Source: Octopus bimaculoides (Eukaryota). Taken from it: 64,000 nucleotides of DNA. Below are positions 47,272 through 60,140 of this stretch, one piece after another. The position numbers were made by a program, and so were the translations under genes. The notes beneath the pieces are model-generated. The model was not told the origin of the DNA, made no database searches, and worked only from the letters and a program-made list of their open reading frames with translations. The number at the start of each line of letters is the position of its first letter. Positions within the stretch are counted from its first letter, which is position 1. The stretch covers positions 75,135,054-75,199,053 of the forward strand of contig NC_068989.1 in the NCBI RefSeq assembly GCF_001194135.2. The letters are read 5' to 3'.

Positions 47272-47953
47272 NNNNNNNNNNNNNNNNNNNNNNNNNNNNN
47301 NNNNNNNNNNNNNNNNNNNNNNNNNNNNNNNNNNNNNNNNNNNNNNNNNNNNNNNNNNNNNNNNNNNNNNNNNNNNNNNNNNNNNNNNNNNNNNNNNNNN
47401 NNNNNNNNNNNNNNNNNNNNNNNNNNNNNNNNNNNNNNNNNNNNNNNNNNNNNNNNNNNNNNNNNNNNNNNNNNNNNNNNNNNNNNNNNNNNNNNNNNNN
47501 NNNNNNNNNNNNNNNNNNNNNNNNNNNNNNNNNNNNNNNNNNNNNNNNNNNNNNNNNNNNNNNNNNNNNNNNNNNNNNNNNNNNNNNNNNNNNNNNNNNN
47601 NNNNNNNNNNNNNNNNNNNNNNNNNNNNNNNNNNNNNNNNNNNNNNNNNNNNNNNNNNNNNNNNNNNNNNNNNNNNNNNNNNNNNNNNNNNNNNNNNNNN
47701 NNNNNNNNNNNNNNNNNNNNNNNNNNNNNNNNNNNNNNNNNNNNNNNNNNNNNNNNNNNNNNNNNNNNNNNNNNNNNNNNNNNNNNNNNNNNNNNNNNNN
47801 NNNNNNNNNNNNNNNNNNNNNNNNNNNNNNNNNNNNNNNNNNNNNNNNNNNNNNNNNNNNNNNNNNNNNNNNNNNNNNNNNNNNNNNNNNNNNNNNNNNN
47901 NNNNNNNNNNNNNNNNNNNNNNNNNNNNNNNNNNNNNNNNNNNNNNNNNNNNN

Positions 47954-47992
<39 letters not shown>

Positions 47993-48021
47993 CACACACA
48001 CACACACCTATACATACATAT

Positions 48022-48053
<32 letters not shown>

Positions 48054-48689
48054 TTTTACTGCTGCTGCAAATGATGTAGATGTGTGCATATGTATGTATA
48101 TGTGTGTATATCTATATCTCTGTTTGTCTATCTATCTATACATATAAAGTGAAAACATTTCCTTGTATAAAGCTTCAGCGAAGTGCACTGCGAAGATGAA
48201 TAAATTCAAATACACACACACACACACCTAAAGTTAGTGGCTGTGAGATGCTGGACTATTGATCTCTTCACTGTTGCCATTGTTCTGTGTCCTTGAACTA
48301 GGCGCTTAGCTGCTTGCTCTAGTTTGCCTGACTGAATAGAAACTGGATCTGCTTTCTACTTCACATCTAGTTATACAAGCAATTGCTCCAACATGTAAAC
48401 CATCCCATTCACATAAACATTTTAAAAAAATGGGAAAAGACTGCTCAAAGACACATAATTGCTGTTTAGTCTCAGAACAACTTTGATTGAAACTTATGGT
48501 TAAAGGTGTTCTAGCTTGCACCACCATGTCTAGCATAAACTAGAACTACATTATCTAACGTATCCGCCTTCCATTTTTGAAGATACATAATTTTAGGGAG
48601 ATTTGGTTGCTGTTTCTAGCAGATTGAGCAAGACTGTTGTGGTTCCCTTGTTGGTTTGGAGGGGTCTTGTCTTATAAGTTACTTGGTGA

Positions 48690-48880
48690 CTTCACCATAA
48701 AAAGGCACCCAGTACATTCTGTAAAGTGGTTGGTGTTAAGAAAAGCATCCAGTTGTAGAAAGCATGCCAAAGCAGACAGTTGAGTTTGGCACAGCCTTCT
48801 GATTTGCTAGCTCCTGTCAAACTATCCATCCCATGCCAGCATGGAAAATGGACATTAAAAATGATGATGATGATGATAAG
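48690..48880 (+). mobile_element. RTE tail element
   Basis: aaaaggcacccagtac...cccatgccagcatggaaaatggacattaaaaatgatgatg. Confidence 0.8.
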
Positions 48881-50606
48881 TTGAGTCAAAGTCTTTTTAG
48901 CATTAATGTAAAATGTTAAGTGAGGTTGGTTGAGCCTTTTAATGTACAGCTTGTCTCCCTTTCTATTTATCCCTCTCTAAGAGTTCCAGCCTCTTTACCT
49001 TAGCTTTCATCTGATATTAAACCCTATCAACTCCAGTTCTTTTCCCTCTTGACTGCTGTGGCCCAGATATTTCAGAATACCTTGTTTACAACCATCCCAT
49101 GAAGTTGAAAGAAAGGATGCTCACACAAAGGAAGGATTATTATCATATTGTGCCATTTTGGTCATAATGAATATCGGTTTCAAATTTTGGCACAAAGCCA
49201 GCAATTTCAAGGGCGTGTGTAAGTCGATTACATTGATCCCTGTACTCATCTGGTACTTATTTTATCAACTCTGAAATGATGAAAGGCAAAGTTGACCCAG
49301 GTGGCATTTGAACTCTTTAGTACAAGGACATTACGTTAGTAAATGAAGCTGGAAGAAATTCCACAAAGCATTATTTCCAGCACCTTAAGGGCATAACGAG
49401 TATTGTCTTATCTTTTAAGAAATGACAAGCCATAGGGTTTCAAGTTCAGTTCCACTGCATGGTACTTTAAGCAAGTGTCTTCTTCTTTAGCCCTTATGAG
49501 TGAATTTGGTAGATGGAAACTGAAATGAAGCCAATCACATGCATGCGTGTGTTTGTTTTGACATTGCATGCTAATATTTTCTACTACAGGCACAAGGCTT
49601 GGAATTATTAGCAGTGAAGGGGCTAGTTGGTCACATTGATCCCACTCAATTGGTACTTAGGCTAATTGTAAACAAACTTAACCAGTGTTCAAACAGTGAT
49701 GTTTATCTGTAATTTTCCATGAAAATGTTTAGACTCAGAGAAAATATTATCTTGCTTGGAAACAGGCAAAGGTTGGTGACAGGAACTTCATCCAATCATA
49801 GAAATTGCATTGACAAATCTTGTCATAGAAAAGCAGTTTAAAATAATGATGGTGATGATTGTCATCATAACAAATAGTGAAATTAGTATTAAAAACTATA
49901 TAAAATCAAAATTGTAACAAAATAAAAATGTGTATGTATCATTTAAATGCTAAAAAGATTTTAAAAATCACTGTGGCCTTGTCTATTGCGGTAAGGCAAT
50001 CATCTCTGATGTTCTCTTGTTGACCTTGTTCTTAAGTTTCAGGTGTAATTATAATAATTAATTTTGATTAATTTCATCTTTTAATTCAATATTTTTCATT
50101 CAAAGTAATGAATATAATTCACTATCCCTAATGGGACATTTAATTAATTTTTAGCTTCCTGTCACAAATTATCTCAATATAGTTCTTAGTGTCCAAAGTG
50201 TTAAGGAGAGAGAGAGAGAGAGAGACTCCTGATTGGGTTGGTAATCTATGATAAATCAATTCCCTCTAGATAGGATGTAGTGTCATCTCACAAATTAGTA
50301 TCCAGAGATTAATTACTAGAATTAGGGTCTAACTTTTAAAAGGATTTGAATCACTCAGTAGTAATTATGGAACTAGTGCTTCTGAGTGTTCTAGATGCAG
50401 CTGCACTGACTCAGCCAATTATTGGAAAGTGAGTAATGAAGGGGATTTTTAATACTTTTATTTCCATGTTTCTGTTGAAATACCTGCTTTTGTTTCAGTT
50501 AATTTTGAAAATGGTTTAGAATTTATTGAAATAACTTTGTTATTAAACTTGTGTTTGAAATCTAAATTAACATGGAATTTTGATTAAAGTTTTAATTTAG
50601 ATTGCT

Positions 50607-50835
50607 TTAACCCTTTAGCGTTTTATCTGGCCATATCCCAGCTGAAATATTCCACCTGATATACGTTAAAACTGACCATATCCAATCTCTCACATCTACC
50701 CTACAATGTCATTCTAAAAATATACAAACATACCATTGAAGTCTTGAAGCTACAAGATAATACATTATTAATTCAAAACAGTGTGAATAAATAAGCATTA
50801 CATTTGACAAAGAAATATGAATGCTAAAGGGTTAA
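50607..50835 (+). mobile_element. TTAA-flanked (piggyBac-type) MITE
   Basis: TTAA-ccctttagc...aatgctaaaggg-TTAA. Confidence 0.85.
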
Positions 50836-51019
50836 AACAAGGAATTTTTATACCATAGAACTACGAGGTGGTCTTAGGCAGATTGAATTTATTAAGTAAG
50901 AATCTGAGGTTATAAAATTCACTTGTTTATCTATCATTTTCTACTGTAAAAGGTATAGTGATTTTTCTCTTAAGCACAAGGACACTGCTTTAGTAAATGA
51001 ATATGGTATAGTTAAATTC

Positions 51020-51332
51020 ATTGTACCGGTGGTACGTGTAAAGACATTTGAGCGGGATCGTGCGTGCAGGTGGCACGTAAAATACACCATTTTGAGTGTG
51101 GCTGGCTGTTGCCAGTACCACCTGACTGGCCTTCGTGCCGGTGGCACGTAAAAGCACCCACTACACTCTCGGAGTGGTTGGCGTTAGGAAGGGCATCCAG
51201 CTGTAGAAACTCTGCCAAATCAGATTGGAGCCTGGTGTAGCCATCTGGTTCACCAGTCCTCAGTCAAATCGTCCAACCCATGTTAGCATGGAAAGCGGAC
51301 GTTAAACGACGACGACGATGATGATGATGATT
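51020..51332 (+). mobile_element. RTE 3'UTR/tail element, well preserved
   Basis: Near-identical to 5480-5730. Confidence 0.85.
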
Positions 51333-52215
51333 AATTGACACGACTCCAGTTCTCTGATTCTGCAATCATATTCATAATACTTAATCTAGCATTAAGGTAT
51401 TTTATGTGATGGAGAAAAGACAGCATTAGTTCAATGAATATTATTATTTAATTGTTTTGACAAGTACAGGAGATAACTCCAGACATGTTTTGGTCCTATT
51501 AAACTTCCTTAGCTGAGCACATACTTCACTGTGCTTTCCAAAGGAGCGTATGAGAATCACTAAGTAGATATGTAATAGAGCACATAAATACATGTGAAAG
51601 ACTAGCATATTAAGAATAATGAATTAATTAACAAATCACTGATGTTAATTATTCAGAGACACCATAAGCATATTGTATTGTAAATAGTTTGGTAACCTGA
51701 CCTCCAGCTGCTAAATTTTCGTTTTATTGATGATATTTTGGATAGTGTTCAGAAAAAAGTGCGCAGAACTATAAAGCTGTTGGAAATGTCCTTGTAAACA
51801 GTGTTATAATAGTTTTACCTCCCCAAACCTACATACTAACTTCTCTCTTTCTCTCTCTCCTTCCCCGTTTTTACATAATGTGATTGATATTTAAAAGGGC
51901 ATCTAGCTGCAAAAAGGTTATTTGCATTACACATGCTCAACCACATGTGCATGTAACATCATTCTGCTGTTGTTGTGTTGTTGCTAAGGTGACAGCAGTG
52001 GCTGTAAGGGTTTTGCTTTCATCTACTTGACTTGTCAAAATTAAAATGAATATAATATATGCCAGTCACAAATCCAAACCTAATGAACTAGAATATTGCT
52101 GATCTTCATTTTGGCTGGTATTTGATATGAGAGCTCTCAAAGTTGTTGGTTAGTTGATTCTGCATGCTGAAATCGAATAACAGCTGTTTGGACAATAACA
52201 GCAATAATTTTGTTT

Positions 52216-52225
52216 ATCATCACTG

Positions 52226-52281
<56 letters not shown>
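52216..52281. repeat. (CAT)n trinucleotide tract
   Basis: Directly visible. Confidence 0.95.
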
Positions 52282-52289
52282 TCCAGTGA

Positions 52290-52810
52290 CAGCAAGCAGT
52301 GGCTTGACAGAATCATTTGAGCATTGAACAAAATGCCTTACAGTATTTCTTTTGGCTCTTTACATTCTGTGTTCTAATCCAACTTTGCTTTTCATCCCCC
52401 AGGGGCCGATAAAGTAAATAAAATAAAGTATCAGTGAAGTACTGGAATAAAATCGACTACCCTATAAATTCTGGTCTTTATTATTATTATGTATGTGTGT
52501 ATGTATATGTTTGTGTGTGTGTGTGTTTGTTCCCATAACTTAGCGGTTCGGTAAAAGAGACCGATAGAGTAAGTACTAGGCTTACAAAGAATAAGTCCTG
52601 GGTTCGATTTGCTCGACTAATGACTGAAACAAGTAAAAGAGAGAAAAGAGAGTATATTGGTTTGAAATTTTGGCACTAGGCCAGCAATTTCAAGGAGTAG
52701 GTTCTTAATTACATTGCCCTCTAGTATTCAACTGGTCCTTGTTTTATCCCCCCCCCCCCTCTGAAAGAACGAAAGGCAAAGTTGACCTTGGCGGCATTTG
52801 AACTCAGAAC
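52290..52810. mobile_element. SINE B (+), SINE A 3' half (+, 52495-52655) and SINE B (-, 52655-52810)
   Basis: Matches to family copies. Confidence 0.75.
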
Positions 52811-54409
52811 TATATTATCTAATATGTCCTTTCCTTTAGCATGACAATTAGGTAATTTTAGTGAGATTTGGCTATTTTACATAATGAGCTCAGTGGGTAA
52901 CTGTTATTGAACAAGCACCCAATTTGGTTTCCATCTGTGATTGTAACCATTTTAGTCATGTTAGAAATATCTTCTGTAAAGGATGCAAGAAGTGATGCAA
53001 TGTTATTTTCATTCTTTCTTATAGATCTGAGGCCCTCTGCTAGAAATCAGTGTATTTGTTCCAGGAATCAATATATGTGTGACAGTAGTAATTATGATAA
53101 CAATGTTTATCAGTAGCAATTTCGGCAACAGCTAAAAGGACAAATCAACATTGATAAGTCTTCTCATCTCAGTTTGCTGTTTAGCTACTTAAAAAAAACA
53201 AACAAACAAACCAACTAACCAAAAGCAAAAATGTGCAATTTCATTTAGACCTGTAGAAACCATTATCTTCAGACAAAGATGTGTTGGTTACATTAGGAAA
53301 ATTAAAAGATTTAATCTACCTGATAGAATTTTGTATAACTGATATTAATGCTGCACATTCTGGGTTAAAATTTGTGTGACTAAATCAGACAGACAGACTC
53401 ATGAGATTTTGTAATCAGTATAAAAGAACTAATCCATAATATTCTGTATTTGTTGCTGCCTACATCTCTGCCTGACTTTTACTTGTTTCTGTCTGTCTGT
53501 CTCTTGTTTGTGTGAGCGAGTGTAAGTCAGTTTCTCGTTCCTCTAGTCCATACTCTGTTCAGCTGAGGGGAGTGGGTGGGTTCTTATCTTGCAGGTACTT
53601 GGTGATCTCACTGGTGCCACGTAAAAGGCACCCAGTACACTATGTTCAGTGGTTGGTTTTAAGAAGGCATCCAGCTGTAGAAACCGTGCCAAAGCAGACA
53701 TAGAACTTGGTCAAGCCCTCTGATTCGTCTGTTCTTATCAAACTGTTTAACCTATACCAGCATGGAAAAAAAGGCTGTTAAATGATGATGATATGTATTG
53801 GCAGTATGGCTAAGAAGTTCACTTTGAAACCATATGGTTTAGGGATTGTTCCTTCTGTGGACACTGTCAGTTGGTGTCTGCTACTATAACCATCAGTTGA
53901 CCAATATTTAGCCCCAAGTCAACTATGAGAGAGCAGGCCTATAATCAAAGATATTTTAACTGTGGCCATCTCATCTTGTTTTTATTTGTGGTTTGTCATG
54001 TATGTACTTTTACAGAGCTTATTGAACTTACTTGAATAATTCTTAATCAACATGTTGAAAGCACTGGTTCTCATTCAGTCACTAAAGTTAAACAATAATG
54101 AGATTAGTTAGTACTTAGTTGGGCAATTGTTTGAGACACCGAAGTATTGCATCATGTTTGTGTGTGTGTGGGACAATTGTGGATTTATTTCCTGAACCAG
54201 GTGACACACTGTGCCCCTGAGTAATGCACTTCATTTCACATTGCTCTAATCTACTCATGCCTAATGAGTAACAGCTGAGTGCTGGTGCTGGCCTCTTTCC
54301 TACCAGCTGTTACATCCAGGGTGTTCCACTGGGTCATAAGTAAGGTGGTTGAGAAGAAGTCTGTGTCGGTTCATGACTACATAAACTAAGGTATTACCAA
54401 ACTGTACAT

Positions 54410-55300
54410 GTTTAGTTGTTGGTGTGTTACAGCTGGCTGTACTGCATGGTAGCTTGGGCAAGTGTCTTCTATTATAGTTCCAAGTTGACCAAAGCTTCGT
54501 GAGTGGATTTGGTACACAGAAACTGAAAAGTTGTTGTATATGTGATTGTTTGTTCCCATCACTGCTTGACAACGAGTGTTGACACAGGTGTGGCTGTGTG
54601 ATTAATTAGAAGTTTACTTCCCAACTACCTGATTTCAGCTCAGTGCCACTGCATCTTACCTTGGGCAAGTGACTTCTGCTATGGCCTTGAACCAATCAAA
54701 GCCTTGTGATTGGATTTAGTAGACAGAAACCAAAAACCTGTTGCGCACACATGTGCGTATATAGGTGTGTGGCCTACTGGTTCAAGTGCTGCACTCACAA
54801 TTGCTTGATCATGGTTCAATTCCTGGATTGGTAGTGCATTGTTTTCTTGAGCAAAATGCTGCATTCCATGTTGTTCCAGTCCACTCAGCTGGAAATGGGT
54901 AACCCTGTGATGGACTAGCATTCCATTCAGTGGGAATGTTGGCTTGCCTGCATAGCTAATAAGCGTGGCGTCATTCGAAAGCTAAAACAATGCAAAAAAG
55001 CACATTGTGTGTGACAGCATCCAATAGTCTGGTTGATACCTTGATATCTATGTATGTGTGTATCCTTGTCTTGACATCATTTGTTGGTTGTAAGCAAGCA
55101 TCACTGCCATACAAGAGGTGTTCCATTTCCAGTTTTCCGTGAAAAAAAAAACATGTCTGACCAAGGGGAAATATTACTTTGTTTGGAAACCGGTGAAGGT
55201 TGGTATCAGGAAGGTGCATCCGACTATAGAAAAACTGTCTCAACAAATTCTGTCTGACCCATGCAAGCATAGAAATGTGGACATTAAAGTGATATGATGA
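54410..55300 (+). mobile_element. Cluster: two SINE A heads, a Meta/V-type tRNA SINE head (54769-54905) and a family D element (55040-55300)
   Basis: ttcttgagcaa...tgttccagtccactcagctggaaatggg core; family D tail. Confidence 0.7.
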
Positions 55301-55633
55301 TTGTATGTGTGTGTGTGTGTGTATTGCATCAAAGCAGCCTGTTATGTTGCAATAATTATTGTTTTGCATGCTTCATAGCTTGTTGAGGTTTATAGTAGAA
55401 TTTGAAGGCAGCGTAGGTAGGATTTTAAGTGCACCATTGGTTGTTATTGGTTGTTTTAACACTGTTTCTAATTTTTTGTATAGTTCTTATTTGATCAAAC
55501 AATGAAATTTAAGTACACTGCACTTTTGAAGTACTCTCTGTCTCTCTCTCTCTCTCTCTCAACACAAACACGCACATTTAATTGCACTCAATTTGATAGT
55601 ATATTTTTTTCATTTTAATTCTCTTTTACACAG

Positions 55634-55714
55634 GCTACCTATGGCAACATCCCAGCTCCCAACAAGATGACATTTTTGATTGGAGTGTTACAGAATACAA
55701 GCGCCTCTGTACCA
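55634..55714 (+). CDS. IPO5: Importin-5 coding exon 2 (ATYGNIPAPNKMTFLIGVLQNTSASVP)
   Basis: Acceptor ctcttttacacag|GCT and donor CCA|GTAAGT; 81 nt, phase 0-0. Matches human [27 protein letters not shown] in length and key residues. Confidence 0.93.
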
Positions 55715-56239
55715 GTAAGTTTTGTTATTTTGTTCTTTTTTTTATGAGACGAATCAGCTCTGAAGAATAGAAACCATTATAGTAGCATTAGGAAAAACAT
55801 AGAGAGAAAGTCATATATCCATGGACTAGAGGCTTAGGTGCCTCCATTTGTGATTGAATGTCAATCAGGTGATCCATCTCTGGATGAGGTCCAGAATTTC
55901 TGCGTAGAGAAGCAGCATCATTCTAGATGTGGGGGCAGCACTCCACTGTGGACCTCACTTGAGTTTTATTGAATGTTAATTGCTGGTAAGGACTGAAATA
56001 TTTTCTGGCCTTGAAGAGAAGTTAAACTTTGTGCAATACGAGAGTGCAAAGTCCAACACGTAACACTGTTGATACACATGTTTACTGTCACCGTCTTCAT
56101 CTAAGTTCAGTAATCATTCACTCTCTCTAAGTTGTCTCTTCCATTCACCAATATCACTCCAATTTGCATTCTTGCAAAAAAACAATATTGATCACTTCTT
56201 AATTCATTACAACTTCCCTTAAATCTATTCTGTTCTGCA

Positions 56240-57175
56240 GGTATGGGTGTGGGGTTAAGAAGTTAATTTCCTAATCACATGGTTTTTGGTTCAGACCCAA
56301 TGTATGGCACTTTAGGCAAGTGTCTTCTACTATAACCATCGATTGACCAAAGCCTTGTGAGTGATTTTGGTAGTTGAAATTGAAAGAAGCCCCTTATGTA
56401 TATGTATGTATGTATGTGTTTGTTTGTTTGTGTGTGTGTATAATGGGTGAATGTGTTTGTATCCCCTTGTCTTGGCAAAGCTTGATAATTGCAAACAAGC
56501 ATCCCTGTTATACAAGTAGTGTCTTTTGTTTTTAGTCTGTGGAAACATGTCCAGCTGTTATATAAAATGTACCTTGTTGAAATATTTATTGTTACATCTA
56601 AATTCCCTTCTTTTGGGATTATTTACCTCAGGCCTAGGATATAAGGGCTCATGGCCTTTATTTTAAAAAGAATAGAGAATATTTTGAGAAAGGTTTGGTT
56701 TTTATGTCGAATGGGTTGAGCTTATATTATAGAAGCTCCTTTACTAGGTCAGGTTAATAATTATTAATTGGTAAGCTATTACTGATGCTAACTAGAAATA
56801 CAAATATGCAGGGAAGAAGAGACAAAAAACAGTGTTAATAAAAGGTTTTAAAAAATTTTTCTGGTGAGTACATATATATTTCAGTCTTCAGCAAAGTATA
56901 TTTAGTTCTGAAAGTTGCAGGGATGTAAACACACCAACACCAGTTGTCAAGTGGTGGCAGGGGACAAACTCAGGCACAAAACCACATGCATTTACATACA
57001 CATACACACATGATGGGCTTTCAGTTTCTATCTACCAAATCCATTCACAAGGCTTTGGTCAGCTTGAGGCTATAGTGAAAGACATTTGCCCAAGGTGCCA
57101 TGTGTTTGGACTGAACCCGGAACCATATGGTTTGGAAACAAGCTTCTTAACCACACAGCAATGCCTGTGTCTAAA
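56240..57175. mobile_element. IPO5 intron 2 SINEs: family A (+, 56240-56400) and family A (-, 56915-57175)
   Basis: Matches to family A in opposite orientations. Confidence 0.8.
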
Positions 57176-57762
57176 TACAAAAAGAAATTGCTTTGTTTAC
57201 CATTTAGCCCTTCTGTTGACATATTTCTGCTGAAATACACTACTTCAATTAATTTTAAAAATATTAAGCTGTATCGTATAACCAAAGGCAGTATCAAATG
57301 GGTTAGTATGAAATGGTTTAAGTACAAATTTGTATATCTGGCAAACTATTGCATTACTGAGTAAATCCGAACTAGTGATTTTAACAAAATCTCTTAATCA
57401 TAGATAAGAATCTACATTAAGTGCATGGGATTTAATTCCATTATGTTGTTCATTGTCTGTTAGTGTTGTTAAAAATATTTAGTACTCCTTAAGATTATTA
57501 CATTTAATATTTAGCTTTTCAAATTGCTTTATATCAAAAATACTTAGTGCTCCTTAAGATTATTACACTTAATATTTAAATTTTAAAATTGCTTTATATC
57601 ATTTTGTTTCAATTGTAAAGTAACTAAACAGGTTGAGTTTATTTTATAGAAGCTAAGATGACATAAGTTGTGTGTGTGTGAGTGAGGGAAAGAAGGAAGG
57701 ACACTTAAGGTAAATTTTTGAGACCTTTAACAACAGATCTTTTTTTCTGTTCTTCTTTCCAG

Positions 57763-57955
57763 AATCGCTCTTTGGCAGCTGTATTATTGCGGAAGCTCTT
57801 CACATCCAAATTTGACGATGCCTGGGGCAGCTTAGTGCCTGACTCTCAAATTGCTATCAAAACGTATCTTATGAATATTATCCACCAAGAAGAAAATCCT
57901 ATTGTGCGCCGGAAAGTATGTGATGCCATTGCTGAACTTGCACGAAACATGTTGG
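57763..57955 (+). CDS. IPO5: Importin-5 coding exon 3 (NRSLAAVLLRKLFTSKFDDAWGSLVPDSQIAIKTYLMNIIHQEENPIVRRKVCDAIAELARNML), HEAT repeats
   Basis: Acceptor ttcttctttccag|AAT and donor TTGG|GTAAGA; 193 nt, phase 0-1. Strong similarity to human ARQMAAVLLRRLL...MRKKVCDIAAELARNLI. Confidence 0.96.
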
Positions 57956-58224
57956 GTAAGAGACGCATTTTACTTCTTCGTTTCATTTCCTGAAAGTTGG
58001 GTGTGAAATTATGTGAAAACTGCCTTCAAAGGTGCTTTTATTCTATGGGCATTTTGTTACAAAATAGTTTGGTTCCTCTGAAGTAAAATGACTGGCAAAT
58101 TTTGTCTGTCTGTAGATGATTACCTGGCATTTCTAATTCTGGTATCTTAGTCATTATCATTGTCCTAATTTCTACATGGATCAAATGGAATTTGTTGAGG
58201 TAAAGCTGGGTGCTCTTTCTGTTG

Positions 58225-58375
58225 GCAATACTCATTTGTTTCCAAGCAAGATAATATTATTTCCCTATAGCCAGACATGTTTTTTATGGAAACTTGGAAA
58301 TGAACAGAACTGCCTGAATGTTAGTGATATTTGTTTTACAACCATCATACATTGTCGCAACAAGGAAACGCTCTT
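58225..58375 (-). mobile_element. Family D element fragment
   Basis: tgtttccaagcaagataatatt...ccagacatgttttt is the inverted match of 55140-55190. Confidence 0.65.
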
Positions 58376-58832
58376 TTACACACACATGACTGGCGTCTTT
58401 CCATTTCTGTCTAAATTTGCTCACAAGGCTTTGATTCACTTAGAGCTGTAATTAAATAGATGATCACTAAAAAAGAAGCCTGTCATCCACACACACACAC
58501 ACACACAGGTGCATGGTAAGATCAGTTGAAAGGATCTATGATACTGTATAGTTTGATTAATACATATATATGTATATGAGTGATGATGACTACATTTTTC
58601 AGTGTGTCCCTTTCAAAATACGAGTACTCACCATTTAGAGACCCCACTAACGTCAGTGGAACTCTAAAAGTTTTGATTCACCCGTAGCATTTTGAAGATA
58701 CCATACACAATGTATTTTCAAAGGCTTACACAAGACTCCTTCCTTCTCAGAACCTGGAAATATGTCTTGCTTTTTAATGAGAGAAAGTATATTCAGCCTC
58801 CTAGCCTGCTAGAAATAGCAGCCAAATCACTT

Positions 58833-59059
58833 TTAACCCTTTAGCATTTAAACTGGCCATATCCAGGCCAGATATTCTACCTGATTATGTTCAAACTGAC
58901 CAAATTGATCCTCTAGCACCTACTCTATAATGTCATTGTAAAAATAAACAATCACATTATTGAAATCTCAAAGCTATGAGGTAATGCACGATTAATTCAA
59001 AACAATATGAATAAATAAACACTACATTTGACAAAATGATCTGAATGCTAAAGGATTAA
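58833..59059 (+). mobile_element. TTAA-flanked (piggyBac-type) MITE
   Basis: TTAA-ccctttagcatt...aatgctaaagga-TTAA. Confidence 0.85.
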
Positions 59060-59899
59060 TCTAAGAACCATTTTAAATACATATGGTGCTAAAGATATTC
59101 ATTAAAATGTTTATTCAGAAAAATTCCATATAGATGTGGCCATGGCTCTGTGATTCGAGAGTTCACTTTGCAACCATGTGGTTTCAGGTCCAGTCTCAAG
59201 CAGACCAATTCCTTATGAGTGAAGTCAGTAGATGGAAACCGTAGAAGCCTGCTGTATATGTGTATATATCATCATCATTTAACGTCCGCTTTCCACTATA
59301 TTCTAGAGGTGGTTGGCGTTAGGAAGGGCATCCAGCTGTAGAAACATTGTCAGATCAGATTAGAGCCTGGTGCAGCCACTGGCTTTCCAGACCTCAGTCA
59401 AACTGTCCAACCCATGCTAGCATGGGAAACGGAGGTTAAATGACGGTGGCAACAATGATGATGTTGATGATGATGATTGCCCACAGCTAGATTTTAATTT
59501 AGAGGCCCAGAATGAACATTACATACATTCTATCTACCATGTTAACGATTTTAGCAAATATCCCCCTAGAGAAAGTCTGTATTCTGTGTACTGCTATCTG
59601 GGTCATAAGTATGGAAAATTCATGTAATCCCTTGTCATCAGAAATATTTCTGAATGATTTACATGAAATGATATTTATGCTTTGGTGCATTGGCATAAAA
59701 ACTGTTAAGTAATGAGTCATATATATATATTGTTGAGTTGACAATTCTGCTGGGACTACTCCCTCCTCTCTATGCCAACTGCGAGAAGGGATTTTGCATA
59801 ATGCCAAGACAAAAATTTATGCAGGATGTCATAACAATGGTTAACTCTGTCACAGTGACATCAGCTAGGTTCGCTGACCATCATCATCATCATATTATC

Positions 59900-60140
59900 A
59901 ATCACTGTCAACATTTTAATGTTCACTTTTCCATTCTTGCATGGGTCGACAGGGGATTTATTGAGGCAGATTTTTCTGCAGCTGTATGACCTTCCTGTCA
60001 CCAATGCCTACATGTTTCCAAGTAAGCTAATATTTTTCCATGGCCAGACATGTTTTCACAGGATATTGGAAATGCATGACACTTAGTTATGACTGACACT
60101 CATTTACAACTATCATATAATGTCAAGACAAGAAGACACA
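59900..60140 (-). mobile_element. Family D element
   Basis: Reverse complement of 55040-55300. Confidence 0.75.

Larger units (their letters stand above)
22913..55633 (+). other. IPO5: IPO5 intron 1 (32,721 bp including N gaps), transposon-dense
   Basis: GT...AG between the in-frame exons 1 and 2. I found no intervening IPO5-like coding sequence. Confidence 0.85.

Noticed and set aside
38133-48147. Long ORFs in the track (244-465 aa) around 38-40 kb and 47-48 kb, also 23.5-25.6 kb
   Set aside because: They are read-through of N gaps (poly-X), not real coding length.
57718-57993. ORF 57718-57993 as a standalone gene
   Set aside because: Only 57763-57955 is IPO5-like and bounded by splice sites; the flanks are intronic.
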